Below, in pieces: positions 21,326 to 29,207 of a DNA stretch of 64,000 nucleotides. This DNA is from Chelativorans sp. (GTDB taxonomy: Bacteria; Pseudomonadota; Alphaproteobacteria; Rhizobiales; Rhizobiaceae), in NCBI RefSeq assembly GCF_031180965.1, contig NZ_JAPSLH010000005.1, positions 150,284 through 214,283 on the forward strand, read 5' to 3'. The notes under the pieces were generated by a model that was not told the origin of the DNA, made no database searches, and was given only the letters and a program-made list of their open reading frames with translations. The position numbers were made by a program, and so were the translations under genes. Position 1 is the stretch's first letter; every line of letters starts with the position of its first letter.

Positions 21326-22240
21326 ATGGCTCCCCTCTGCGCGGCGGTGGATTGGGGCACGACCAATTTCCGCCTGTGGCTGCTCGACGCCGAAGGCCGC
21401 GTGCTCGCCGGGCGGTCGAGCGGGGAGGGGATGCGCGCCTGCCACCCGGACCGCTTCGGGCCGGTTCTCGAAGCGCATCTGAAGGCGCTGGATGCGCCCG
21501 CCGATCTGCCGGTGGTTGTGGCCGGCATGGCCGGTGCGCGCGGCGGCTGGCGCGAGGCGCCCTATCGCGAAACGCCGGCGAGCCTGGACGGCCTTTATCG
21601 CGACGCGGTGAAGGTCGACGGAATCGCGCGCGATGTGCGCATCCTCCCCGGCGTGTGCCAGCGCGGGAAGGGCCGCGAGGATGTCATGCGCGGCGAGGAA
21701 ACGCAGCTTGCGGGCGCCTGGGCGGAGAACCGGCAGTCCGGTCTCTTCTGCCTGCCGGGCACGCACTCCAAATGGGCGCGGGCGGAGAACGGGCAGCTCA
21801 CCGGTTTCACCACCTTCATGACGGGCGAGCTCTTCGCGCTTCTGAGCGAACATTCCATCCTGCGCGATATGGTCGCTGCAGGTGAGGGCGACAGCGCCTC
21901 TCCCGCCTTCCGCGATGCGGTGGGCGAGATGCTGGAGGGCGGTGTCCTCTCCGCAAAACTGTTTTCCATCCGCGCCGCCTCGCTTCTGGAGGGCGCCGCC
22001 GCACCCGACGCAAAGGCATGGCTTTCAGGGCTTCTGATAGGGGCGGAGATCGCCGCCGTGCGACGCGATCTGGCGGTGGGAGCGGAGGTGTATCTGATCG
22101 CCGGCGGCGTGCAGGCCAGGGCCTATGAGACCGCGCTCGCCACCGCCGGCATTGCGTGCCGCACGCTGAATGGGCAGGATCTCGTCCGTTTGGGGCTTTT
22201 TAGCGCGGCACGCGCCCTGTGGCCGGAGAGGACGACATGA
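21326..22240 (+). CDS. dgoK: 2-dehydro-3-deoxygalactonokinase
   Basis: 304 aa; AAVDWGTTNFRLWLLD... and LPGTHSKW motifs. Stop overlaps the dgoA start (ATGA). Confidence 0.85.
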   Translation: MAPLCAAVDWGTTNFRLWLLDAEGRVLAGRSSGEGMRACHPDRFGPVLEAHLKALDAPADLPVVVAGMAGARGGWREAPYRETPASLDGLYRDAVKVDGIARDVRILPGVCQRGKGREDVMRGEETQLAGAWAENRQSGLFCLPGTHSKWARAENGQLTGFTTFMTGELFALLSEHSILRDMVAAGEGDSASPAFRDAVGEMLEGGVLSAKLFSIRAASLLEGAAAPDAKAWLSGLLIGAEIAAVRRDLAVGAEVYLIAGGVQARAYETALATAGIACRTLNGQDLVRLGLFSAARALWPERTT

Positions 22241-22869
22241 AGCGGGTGAAATGGCCGAAGCTGAAGCGCGACCTGGTCGCCATCCTGCGCGGGCTTGAGC
22301 CCGAGGAGGCGCCGGCCGTCGTCGAGACCCTGCTGGAGGCGGGCTTCGAGGCTATCGAAGTGCCGCTTAACTCGCCCGAGCCCTTCCGCTCCATAGAGAT
22401 CGCCCGCCGCCTGGCGCCGGCCGAGATTCTTGTCGGCGCGGGCACCGTGCTGACGGTCGAGGATGTGGACCGGCTGCAGAATGCCGGCGGCAATCTGCTG
22501 GTCAGCCCCAATGTGGACCCGTCGGTGATTGCCCGCGCGTCGGATTACGGGATGGTGACGATGCCCGGCGTCTTCACGCCAACCGAAGCGCTGGCTGCCG
22601 CGCGCGCCGGCGCTTCGGCGCTGAAATTCTTCCCGGCCTCGGTGCTTGGACCGGGCGGTATCAAGGCAATCCTGGCGGTTCTCCCTGTCGACCTGCCGGT
22701 TGGCGCGGTCGGTGGAGTTTCCGAGAGCGACTTTGCCGCCTACAAGGCCATAGGCGTGCGCACCTTCGGCTTGGGGTCCAGCCTCTATAAGTCCGGAGCA
22801 AGCGCAAAAGAGGTCGGCGAGAAGGCGGAAGCTGCCATCTCAGCGTATGACGCGGTGTTCGGGCGCTGA
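22237..22869 (+). CDS. dgoA: 2-dehydro-3-deoxy-6-phosphogalactonate aldolase
   Basis: Start at the ATG at 22237. LVAILRGLEPEEAPAVVETLLEAGFEAIEVPLNSP and ALKFFPA are KDPG/KDPGal aldolase motifs. Confidence 0.85.
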   Translation: MKRVKWPKLKRDLVAILRGLEPEEAPAVVETLLEAGFEAIEVPLNSPEPFRSIEIARRLAPAEILVGAGTVLTVEDVDRLQNAGGNLLVSPNVDPSVIARASDYGMVTMPGVFTPTEALAAARAGASALKFFPASVLGPGGIKAILAVLPVDLPVGAVGGVSESDFAAYKAIGVRTFGLGSSLYKSGASAKEVGEKAEAAISAYDAVFGR

Positions 22870-22871
22870 AA

Positions 22872-23594
22872 TCACCGGGATTTCACATCCAGGTTGAGAT
22901 AGGTGGGATCGAACTCGGCAAGGTCGGCCAGGCGGTCCCAATCGTTGATGGTGACCTCGTCGCCGCGCCAGGTGATCAGGCCCCGCGCACGAAGCTCCTG
23001 GACCGAGCGGTTCAGGTGGACGATGGACATGCCGCGGGCATCGGCCAGTTCTTCCTGGGTGATAGGCAGGCGGAAGGTGTAGCCTGCCACCTCGTCCACG
23101 GTCGAGAGGCGCACGAACAACTCGCACAGGAGATGCGAGAGGTTTTGCAGAGCGGAGCGGCGTCCCAAGCCCACCAGCCATTCCCGATGAATGGCTGCGT
23201 CGACTAAGGTGCTGAGCCAGAGTTGCCTTGTCAGATGGGGGAACCGCTCGGTGATCTCGCGGAGTCTGTCATGCGGCACCCATGCTATAGTGCAGGCGCT
23301 CATGGCGAATACGCCATGGTCCATCTTTTTCAGCAGAAAGCTGTGCAGGTCGACGAAGTCGCCCTTGATATGAAGCGCTACGATTTGTCGCTTCCCGCTG
23401 GGGGTATTCTTGTAACGCGCTGCAAAGCCGCGCAGCAGAAAAATGCTTTCGGAGGGTATTGAACCTTCGCGGATGAATTCCTCGTCCGCCGCGATTTCAC
23501 GCGTTCCCCCCACCGCTTGGAGGAGAGCATTTTGTTCCTCCTGCGAAATACGACTCCGCACCGACAGCTGTTTGATGAGGGGATGTTCCGCCAA
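22872..23594 (-). CDS. Crp/Fnr-family transcriptional regulator
   Basis: 240 aa; cNMP-binding-like barrel followed by a C-terminal HTH (ELADARGMSIVHLNRSVQELRARGLI). No N-terminal Fnr cysteine cluster is visible. Confidence 0.85.
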   Translation of the reverse strand: MAEHPLIKQLSVRSRISQEEQNALLQAVGGTREIAADEEFIREGSIPSESIFLLRGFAARYKNTPSGKRQIVALHIKGDFVDLHSFLLKKMDHGVFAMSACTIAWVPHDRLREITERFPHLTRQLWLSTLVDAAIHREWLVGLGRRSALQNLSHLLCELFVRLSTVDEVAGYTFRLPITQEELADARGMSIVHLNRSVQELRARGLITWRGDEVTINDWDRLADLAEFDPTYLNLDVKSR

Positions 23595-23847
23595 GATCTA
23601 CTCCTCCGCGCGCGCGGCCGATCCCGGCCCGGTTGAAGTTTAGCATGCGCGGAGGGGGTAAGGCGCGAACAAATGTTAAGCTGGCCGGTCAAGCGGCGCG
23701 GGCGGCGATCTTTTCACGCCTCGGCGACCTGGCAATGGGGCAGAACGCTTAATGCGTCGTTAGAAGAACTGCGTCCAGGCCAACTTCCTTTGCGCCCCCT
23801 GGCTAGGCAGAGGGGGCGTGAAGGGCATTGCCATGCTTCCACGCGTC

Positions 23848-24063
23848 CTATCGGCTGCGCGAATCCGCAAGGACTTGGCCGCCCTTGGCAAGCGTGATCC
23901 GCCGCTCCGGATGTTCGTTCCTGGCGGCCTCGAATATGGCACGGGCGAGTTGCGCGCTGAGGGCACGCGCGAGCACCCGCTCGACCTCTTCGGAGCCTTC
24001 GGCGTTCCAGAGCTCGATGCGGTAGGGGAGCTCTTCAGATACGCTGTTGAGAGTCCGTGACAT
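23848..24063 (-). CDS. small hypothetical protein, paralogue A (71 aa)
   Basis: Track ORF 23848..24099. The start was placed at the ATG at 24063, which has AGAGG 8 nt upstream and avoids overlap. The core ELPYRIELWNAEGSEEVERVLARALSAQLARAIFEAARNEHPERRITLAKGG aligns with the neighbouring ORF. Confidence 0.55.
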   Translation of the reverse strand: MSRTLNSVSEELPYRIELWNAEGSEEVERVLARALSAQLARAIFEAARNEHPERRITLAKGGQVLADSRSR

Positions 24064-24077
24064 CGATGGGCCTCTGC

Positions 24078-24401
24078 TTAATGCGTCGGGCCGTTCCATC
24101 TCGAGACAATGCCGTTCTTGTGGCGCAACGTGATGTAACGATCAGGATGCTCGCGGGTTGCGGCGTAATATGCCGCATAGCCGATGCTGGCGTTCGCGGT
24201 GACCGCCAAGATCTGCTCCACGGTGTTTTTGCTCTTGTCCCAAAGCTCCACCTTGTAAGGCAGGTCTTCGCGCTCCGCCGCGTCCGCACCGTGCGGGACC
24301 GGCTTGCGCGAGCCATCTCCCGGCTCACTCTCGGAGGCGAGGCTGAAGGGGCGATGAGCCGCGTCTGACCTGTAGGCAACAACGGTGGAGGGATTGGCCA
24401 T
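24078..24401 (-). CDS. small hypothetical protein, paralogue B (107 aa)
   Basis: The core DLPYKVELWDKSKNTVEQILAVTANASIGYAAYYAATREHPDRYITLRHKNG aligns (about 40% identity by eye) with paralogue A. Extra about 45-aa N-terminal low-complexity extension. Confidence 0.55.
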   Translation of the reverse strand: MANPSTVVAYRSDAAHRPFSLASESEPGDGSRKPVPHGADAAEREDLPYKVELWDKSKNTVEQILAVTANASIGYAAYYAATREHPDRYITLRHKNGIVSRWNGPTH

Positions 24402-24500
24402 TGAATCGGCGCCTGTTGATATAACGAGTGGGCGGGCTTATGCTAAGAAAAACTTATTACCGCGCGTCGTGCATGATTCATAGCGCGTAACGGAGATATC

Positions 24501-26861
24501 ATGCCATTGATTGCAGAGGGCGCGCAACAACCGATTTCCGATGCCCATCGGCTCGAGCTTCTGATCGATGCCGTCTCCGATTACGCGATTTATATGCTCG
24601 ATCCGGATGGCTTCATCACCACCTGGAACGCCGGCGCCCAGAAGATCAAGGGCTACAGCGCGGTGGAGATTATCGGCCAGCATTTTTCGCGCTTCTTTAC
24701 CACCGAGGATCAGGTGAGCGGGGTTCCGGAGAAGATCCTCGCGTCGGCCCGCACGACCGGGCGGCATGAGGCCGAAGGCTGGCGCGTGCGCAAGGACGGC
24801 ACGCGATTCTGGGCAAACGGCATCCTCCAGCGAGTCGTTGATGAAGACGGCACATTCGTTGGTTTCGCCAAGATCACGCGCGACATCACCGAGCGCATGG
24901 CCGCGGAGCAGGCTCTGCTCGAAAGCGAGGGCCGCTTCCGCCTGCTCGTCGAGGGTGTGGTCGACTATGCGATCTACATGCTCGATGCGAGCGGCATAGT
25001 GGTCAACTGGAACACGGGCGCGGAGCGTCTGAAGGGCTACACCGCCGACGAGGTGGTTGGCCAGCATTTCTCGAGGTTCTACACGAGCGAGGAACGCGCC
25101 AAGGGAATGCCGGTCCGCGTTCTCGAGACGGCGGCTCGCGAAGGCCGCTTCGAGGGCGAGGGCTGGCGGGTGCGCAAGGACGGCAGCCGCTTCTGGGCGT
25201 CCGTCGTGGTCGATGCCATCCGCAACGAGGCGGGCGAGCTCCAGGGTTTCGCAAAGATAACCCGCGACATCACGGAGCGCCGCGCCGCCCAGGAGGCCCT
25301 GCGCGAGAGCGAGCGCCAGTTCCGCCTGCTGGTGCAAGGTGTTACGGACTACGCGCTCTACATGCTCGACCCGAACGGCATCATCACCAGCTGGAATGCC
25401 GGCGGGGAACGGATCAAGGGATATAACGCGAGCGAGGTTCTCGGTCAGCATTTTTCGCGCTTCTACACGGAGCCGGACCGCGCTGCGGGCCTGCCCGCCC
25501 GCGCGCTCTATACCGCCTCCCAGGAGGGCCGCTTCGAGGCGGAGGGCTGGCGGGTGCGCAAGGACGGCTCGCTGTTCTGGGCCAATGTGGTCATCGACCC
25601 CATCCGCGACGAGCGAGGCGATCTTGTAGGCTTCGCCAAGATCACACGCGACATCACCGAGCGGCGTGAAGCGCAAATCGCCCTGCAGGAAGCGCAGGCG
25701 CAGCGCGCCCATGCGCAGAAGATGGATGCGCTCGGCCAGCTGACCGGAGGCGTGGCGCACGATTTCAACAATCTGCTGACGGTGATGAGCGGCTATGTCC
25801 GCCTGATCGAGAAGAAGGTGGGCGCCGATCCCGAGATCACCAGTGCAACCAATTCGATCAAGCTCGCCGTGGAGCGCGGCGCCGCGCTGACGCGCCAGCT
25901 GCTTACCTTTTCGCGCCGGCAGGCGTTCAACTCCGAAATCATTTCCCCTGCCGAGCGGGTGGAGGCGGTACGCGGCATGCTGGCCGGCTCCATCGGGCCC
26001 AATGTGAAGCTGGTCTCGATGATGGAGCCGGGTATCTGGCCGGTGAAGGTCGATCCGGGCGAGTTGGAGCTCGCGCTGGTCAATATCGCGCTCAATGCCC
26101 GAGACGCGATGCCCGATGGCGGCATCGTCACCGTGACCGCGGAAAACGTGACGCTGTTGCCCGGAAAGTCCAAGACCGGGCTGGAGGGGGACTTCGTTGT
26201 ACTGCGCATCGCCGATACGGGCGTCGGAATTCCGCCGGACGTGCTGACAAAGGTTTTCGAGCCCTTCTTCACCACCAAACCTGCCGACAAGGGCACTGGC
26301 CTAGGTCTGTCCCAAGTCTATGGCTTCGCGCACCAGTCAGGCGGCACAGTGACGATCGATAGTCAGGTGGGCCAGGGCACCACCGTCACGCTTTATCTGC
26401 CGCGCGCCGATCCGTCGGAAAAGACCGAAGCTCCCGCCGGCGGAAAGGTGCTGGTGGTGGAGAGCGATCCCGAACTGGCTCGCTCCCACATCGCGATGCT
26501 GGGCCAGCTTGGCTATGCCGCCGAAGCAGTAGGAGATGCAAGCGCGGCCCTCAAGGCCGTGGGCAGCCGCGACTTCGATCTTGTGATGAGCGACATCGTA
26601 CTTACGGCCGCGACGGACGGCGTGGCCCTTGCCCGTGCCATTCGCGAGGTCAAGCCGGACCTGCCGGTGCTGCTCGCGGCTGGTCACGAAGACAAGGCCG
26701 ACTGGACGGACGAGTTCGCGCTGATCCGCAAGCCCGTCGACCTTGCCGAATTGAGCCGGGCGGCTGCGCGCACCATCGCCGAGGCCAGGCAGCCTTCAGA
26801 TACGAATGTCGTGCGCCTGCGAAATGCGAGAACCGCCGGTTCTCACCCCGCCGGGGAGTGA
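24501..26861 (+). CDS. cytoplasmic hybrid sensor histidine kinase: 3 x PAS/PAC - HisKA - HATPase - receiver
   Basis: 786 aa. Three 128-aa PAS/PAC units. H-box LTGGVAHDFNNLLT. N/G boxes (NIALNARDAMPDGG, DTGVGIP, GTGLGLSQVYGF). C-terminal receiver (KVLVVESDPE...DLVMSDIVL). No transmembrane segment is evident. Confidence 0.9.
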   Translation: MPLIAEGAQQPISDAHRLELLIDAVSDYAIYMLDPDGFITTWNAGAQKIKGYSAVEIIGQHFSRFFTTEDQVSGVPEKILASARTTGRHEAEGWRVRKDGTRFWANGILQRVVDEDGTFVGFAKITRDITERMAAEQALLESEGRFRLLVEGVVDYAIYMLDASGIVVNWNTGAERLKGYTADEVVGQHFSRFYTSEERAKGMPVRVLETAAREGRFEGEGWRVRKDGSRFWASVVVDAIRNEAGELQGFAKITRDITERRAAQEALRESERQFRLLVQGVTDYALYMLDPNGIITSWNAGGERIKGYNASEVLGQHFSRFYTEPDRAAGLPARALYTASQEGRFEAEGWRVRKDGSLFWANVVIDPIRDERGDLVGFAKITRDITERREAQIALQEAQAQRAHAQKMDALGQLTGGVAHDFNNLLTVMSGYVRLIEKKVGADPEITSATNSIKLAVERGAALTRQLLTFSRRQAFNSEIISPAERVEAVRGMLAGSIGPNVKLVSMMEPGIWPVKVDPGELELALVNIALNARDAMPDGGIVTVTAENVTLLPGKSKTGLEGDFVVLRIADTGVGIPPDVLTKVFEPFFTTKPADKGTGLGLSQVYGFAHQSGGTVTIDSQVGQGTTVTLYLPRADPSEKTEAPAGGKVLVVESDPELARSHIAMLGQLGYAAEAVGDASAALKAVGSRDFDLVMSDIVLTAATDGVALARAIREVKPDLPVLLAAGHEDKADWTDEFALIRKPVDLAELSRAAARTIAEARQPSDTNVVRLRNARTAGSHPAGE
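24579..25730 (+). repeat. three in-frame tandem 384-bp units (PAS/PAC modules) inside the kinase gene
   Basis: DYA(I/L)YMLD motifs begin at 24579, 24963 and 25347, exactly 384 nt apart. Shared blocks include GQHFSRF(F/Y)T, EGWRVRKDG(T/S).FWA and FAKITRDITER. Confidence 0.85.
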
Positions 26862-26895
26862 CCGCCAGGATTGGGGCGGCAAGCAGGGCGGAAGT

Positions 26896-27063
26896 TCAGT
26901 CTTCCGCCTCGCAGGGCGGCTCGCCCTTGAACTCCCGCGCAAGACATTCGGCCCGGTCGAAGCCTTCGCCGGTCGTGCGAACGGCGCTGGCCGCGCCGCA
27001 GCCGGCAAGGAAGATCGCGAGGGCGACAGCCGCAGCGGCTGAAAGGACGGGTTTTTTCTTCAT
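26896..27063 (-). CDS. small lipoprotein (55 aa)
   Basis: MKKKPVLSAAAAVALAIFLAGCGAASA has a classical lipobox (LAGC). The start was chosen at the internal ATG at 27063 of track ORF 26896..27102. Confidence 0.5.
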   Translation of the reverse strand: MKKKPVLSAAAAVALAIFLAGCGAASAVRTTGEGFDRAECLAREFKGEPPCEAED

Positions 27064-27257
27064 CGTCGCACCAATCGAGACGCCTGGGATATGTTCCTCC
27101 ATCCGGCTCCGCTCAGTGGAGCGCAGGCCGCCCCGCCAAAGGAGGTGGTTTCGGCGGCTTCTTCGTTCTTATGGTTAAAGCTGCGATTCAAGCTTTTTTG
27201 GTAATTAGTCTTTAGCACTTCAAGCAAGGGGTTTCCGCCGGCCGCCCGGCCGTCGGT

Positions 27258-28223
27258 GTGTCGAGATTCTTGCAGGTGCGTATGCGTTTCTCCGGGGTGG
27301 CAGCAATCCTTTCCGCTTGTGCGCTCCTGGCCGGGTGCACATCCTCCCGCTACGGCGTTGAGGAGGTGCTGGCGCAGCCCTCTCTGGAGACGACCGGCTC
27401 TGTGGCGGGCTACGCGGTCCCGCCGGCGGAGATCGGCTCCGGCGAGGAGGAGCAGCAATTGCTGGCGCTCGCGCCGCCTCCGCCCACGCCCGACATTCTC
27501 GAAGGTCCGGCCAAGCCACACGCGCGGCACCAGGTATTGAGGCAGCGCTTCCGCGATGCCAAGCCCATCAATTTCGGCCGCGCCTCGCCGAAATCGCTGG
27601 CCGTGCACGGCGTCGACGTCTCGCGCTGGCAGGGCGAGATCGACTGGGCCAAGCTGCGCTCGCAGGGCGCCAATTTCGTCTACATCAAGGCCACAGACGG
27701 CGGCGACCACCTCGACCCGATGTTCCGGAAGAACTGGCGCGCGGCTGCCGAGGCCGGCCTGAAGCGCGGCGCCTACCACTTCTTCTACTGGTGCCGCACC
27801 GCAGGCGAGCAGGCCGACTGGTTCATCCGCAACGTGCCGAAGGTGGAGGGCGCCCTGCCGCCCGTCATCGACGTTGAATGGAACGGCGAATCCCGCTGCA
27901 AGAAGCGCCCCTCGCGCCAAAAGGTCCTGGAGAAGATGCAGGTCTTCATGGACAAGCTGGAGCGGCATTACGGCCAGCGCCCGATCATCTATACGGCTCC
28001 GGATTTTTATCGCGACAACCTGAAGGGCGAATTCCTGGACTATCCCTTCTGGCTGCGCTCCGTGGCCGCGCACCCGTCCAAGGTCTATCCGGGCCGTAAA
28101 TGGGTGTTCTGGCAGTATTCCGGCTCCGGCCTGTCGCAAGGGGTCGACGGCAGGATCGATCTCAACGTCTTCCACGGCGGCGAGGACGATTGGCATCAAT
28201 GGCTCGCCCGTCACGCGAGCTGA
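27258..28223 (+). CDS. GH25-family lysozyme/muramidase, probable lipoprotein
   Basis: HGVDVSRWQGEIDWAKLRSQGANFVYIKATDG...GAYHFFYW is the GH25 signature. N-terminal AILSACALLAGCTSS lipobox. The start may be the ATG at 27282. Confidence 0.85.
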   Translation: MSRFLQVRMRFSGVAAILSACALLAGCTSSRYGVEEVLAQPSLETTGSVAGYAVPPAEIGSGEEEQQLLALAPPPPTPDILEGPAKPHARHQVLRQRFRDAKPINFGRASPKSLAVHGVDVSRWQGEIDWAKLRSQGANFVYIKATDGGDHLDPMFRKNWRAAAEAGLKRGAYHFFYWCRTAGEQADWFIRNVPKVEGALPPVIDVEWNGESRCKKRPSRQKVLEKMQVFMDKLERHYGQRPIIYTAPDFYRDNLKGEFLDYPFWLRSVAAHPSKVYPGRKWVFWQYSGSGLSQGVDGRIDLNVFHGGEDDWHQWLARHAS

Positions 28224-28236
28224 CCCTGCGCCGTCT

Positions 28237-29070
28237 TCACGCGGTGCTTGAGTTCGAACCCGCCATCTCCTTGAGGCGCTGAAGGAATTTTCCCAACGCC
28301 TGCTGCGGATCATCCTCCTCCTCGCTGAGCGCGGTGATGCCCCACCGCGCCAGCACCGCTTCCTCGACCGGGTTGCGGTTCGGCATGAAGACGAACGAGG
28401 GCGGCCGGTCCTTCTCATAGCCGGAGCTCTTCCATGTCTGCCATAGCCGGTGCAGGAGCAGCCTGATGTTCATGTCGGACAGGCTATAGCCTATGAAAAG
28501 GATGGTGCTGCCCAGCGCATCGGCCCGGAATTTCACGTCCAGCGGGGAATCGAAGGAGAGGCGCTCGAAATAGTCCGTCTCCGTCAGCACCAGCGAGGCG
28601 TCCTCGTCGAAATCGCCGTGATATTTGATGATCTGCGTGGCGTCCTGACGGGCGCGGCTGATGTCGCGGGCATTGGCCACCTTCACGAAGTCGCGGCCGT
28701 GGAGTTCGAAGGCCACCTCCAGATTGCGATCGTAATTGGTAGTGTAGATGATCGGGAAATCGAGTTCGACGATCAGCCGGTGGAGGAGCGAATCCTGCAC
28801 CTTTTCCCGCGACACGCTCCAGTTCCGATCCATCCAGCTGCGCAGCGGACCAAGGCTGCCCTGCTTCAGCCGGTAGTACTCGGCGAGGGTCTGGTAGCTG
28901 TAGCGCGAGCGCTCCGCCAGCTCCTTCTCGATCCCGAGTTCCTCCTCCATGTGGCGGATCAGCTTGTCCCAGGAGGGCAGTCCCACGCTCATCGACACGC
29001 CGGCGCCGACGAACAGGATGGCGGTTCTCTGGCGGATTGCTTCTGCGAGCTGTTGCAGCGGGTCGAACAT
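28237..29070 (-). CDS. stand-alone SIR2-like (SIR2_2 / NADase-type) domain protein, 277 aa
   Basis: Start at the internal ATG at 29070 of track ORF 28237..29283. AILFVGAGVSMSVGLPSWDKLI (dinucleotide-binding loop), IIYTTNYD (Asn) and IIKYHGD (His), FIGYSLSD. No additional domain. Confidence 0.75.
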   Translation of the reverse strand: MFDPLQQLAEAIRQRTAILFVGAGVSMSVGLPSWDKLIRHMEEELGIEKELAERSRYSYQTLAEYYRLKQGSLGPLRSWMDRNWSVSREKVQDSLLHRLIVELDFPIIYTTNYDRNLEVAFELHGRDFVKVANARDISRARQDATQIIKYHGDFDEDASLVLTETDYFERLSFDSPLDVKFRADALGSTILFIGYSLSDMNIRLLLHRLWQTWKSSGYEKDRPPSFVFMPNRNPVEEAVLARWGITALSEEEDDPQQALGKFLQRLKEMAGSNSSTA

Positions 29071-29151
29071 GCGGCGGCTCCTGTGCCCCGCCCTAACGGC
29101 CTCGTCAGGCCTGCGTTCCAGGAGTGGACGGGTGATCCAGGCCCGCTCCCC

Positions 29152-29175
29152 GCTGCTTCTTATACGCGAAGCAGC
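29152..29175 (-). other. perfect 8-bp hairpin between the SDR and SIR2 genes
   Basis: GCTGCTTC-ttatacgc-GAAGCAGC. No T-tract follows on the coding (minus) strand. Confidence 0.35.
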
Positions 29176-29207
29176 TTCACCCTTGTGAAACGCCCTGGGC
29201 TCTTGCC

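Noticed and set aside
19787-21853. 688-aa minus-strand ORF across the aldehyde dehydrogenase and dgoK genes
   Set aside because: Antisense shadow ORF, for the same reasons. The plus-strand genes carry catalytic motifs.
23747-24088. Exact 13-mer GCTTAATGCGTCG at 23747-23759 and 24076-24088, possibly marking a third decayed copy of the small paralogue
   Set aside because: The second copy covers the last codons and stop of paralogue B. The frame upstream of the first copy hits a stop after 17 codons and shows no similarity to the paralogue core. A single 13-mer match is within chance expectation for a 64-kb window.
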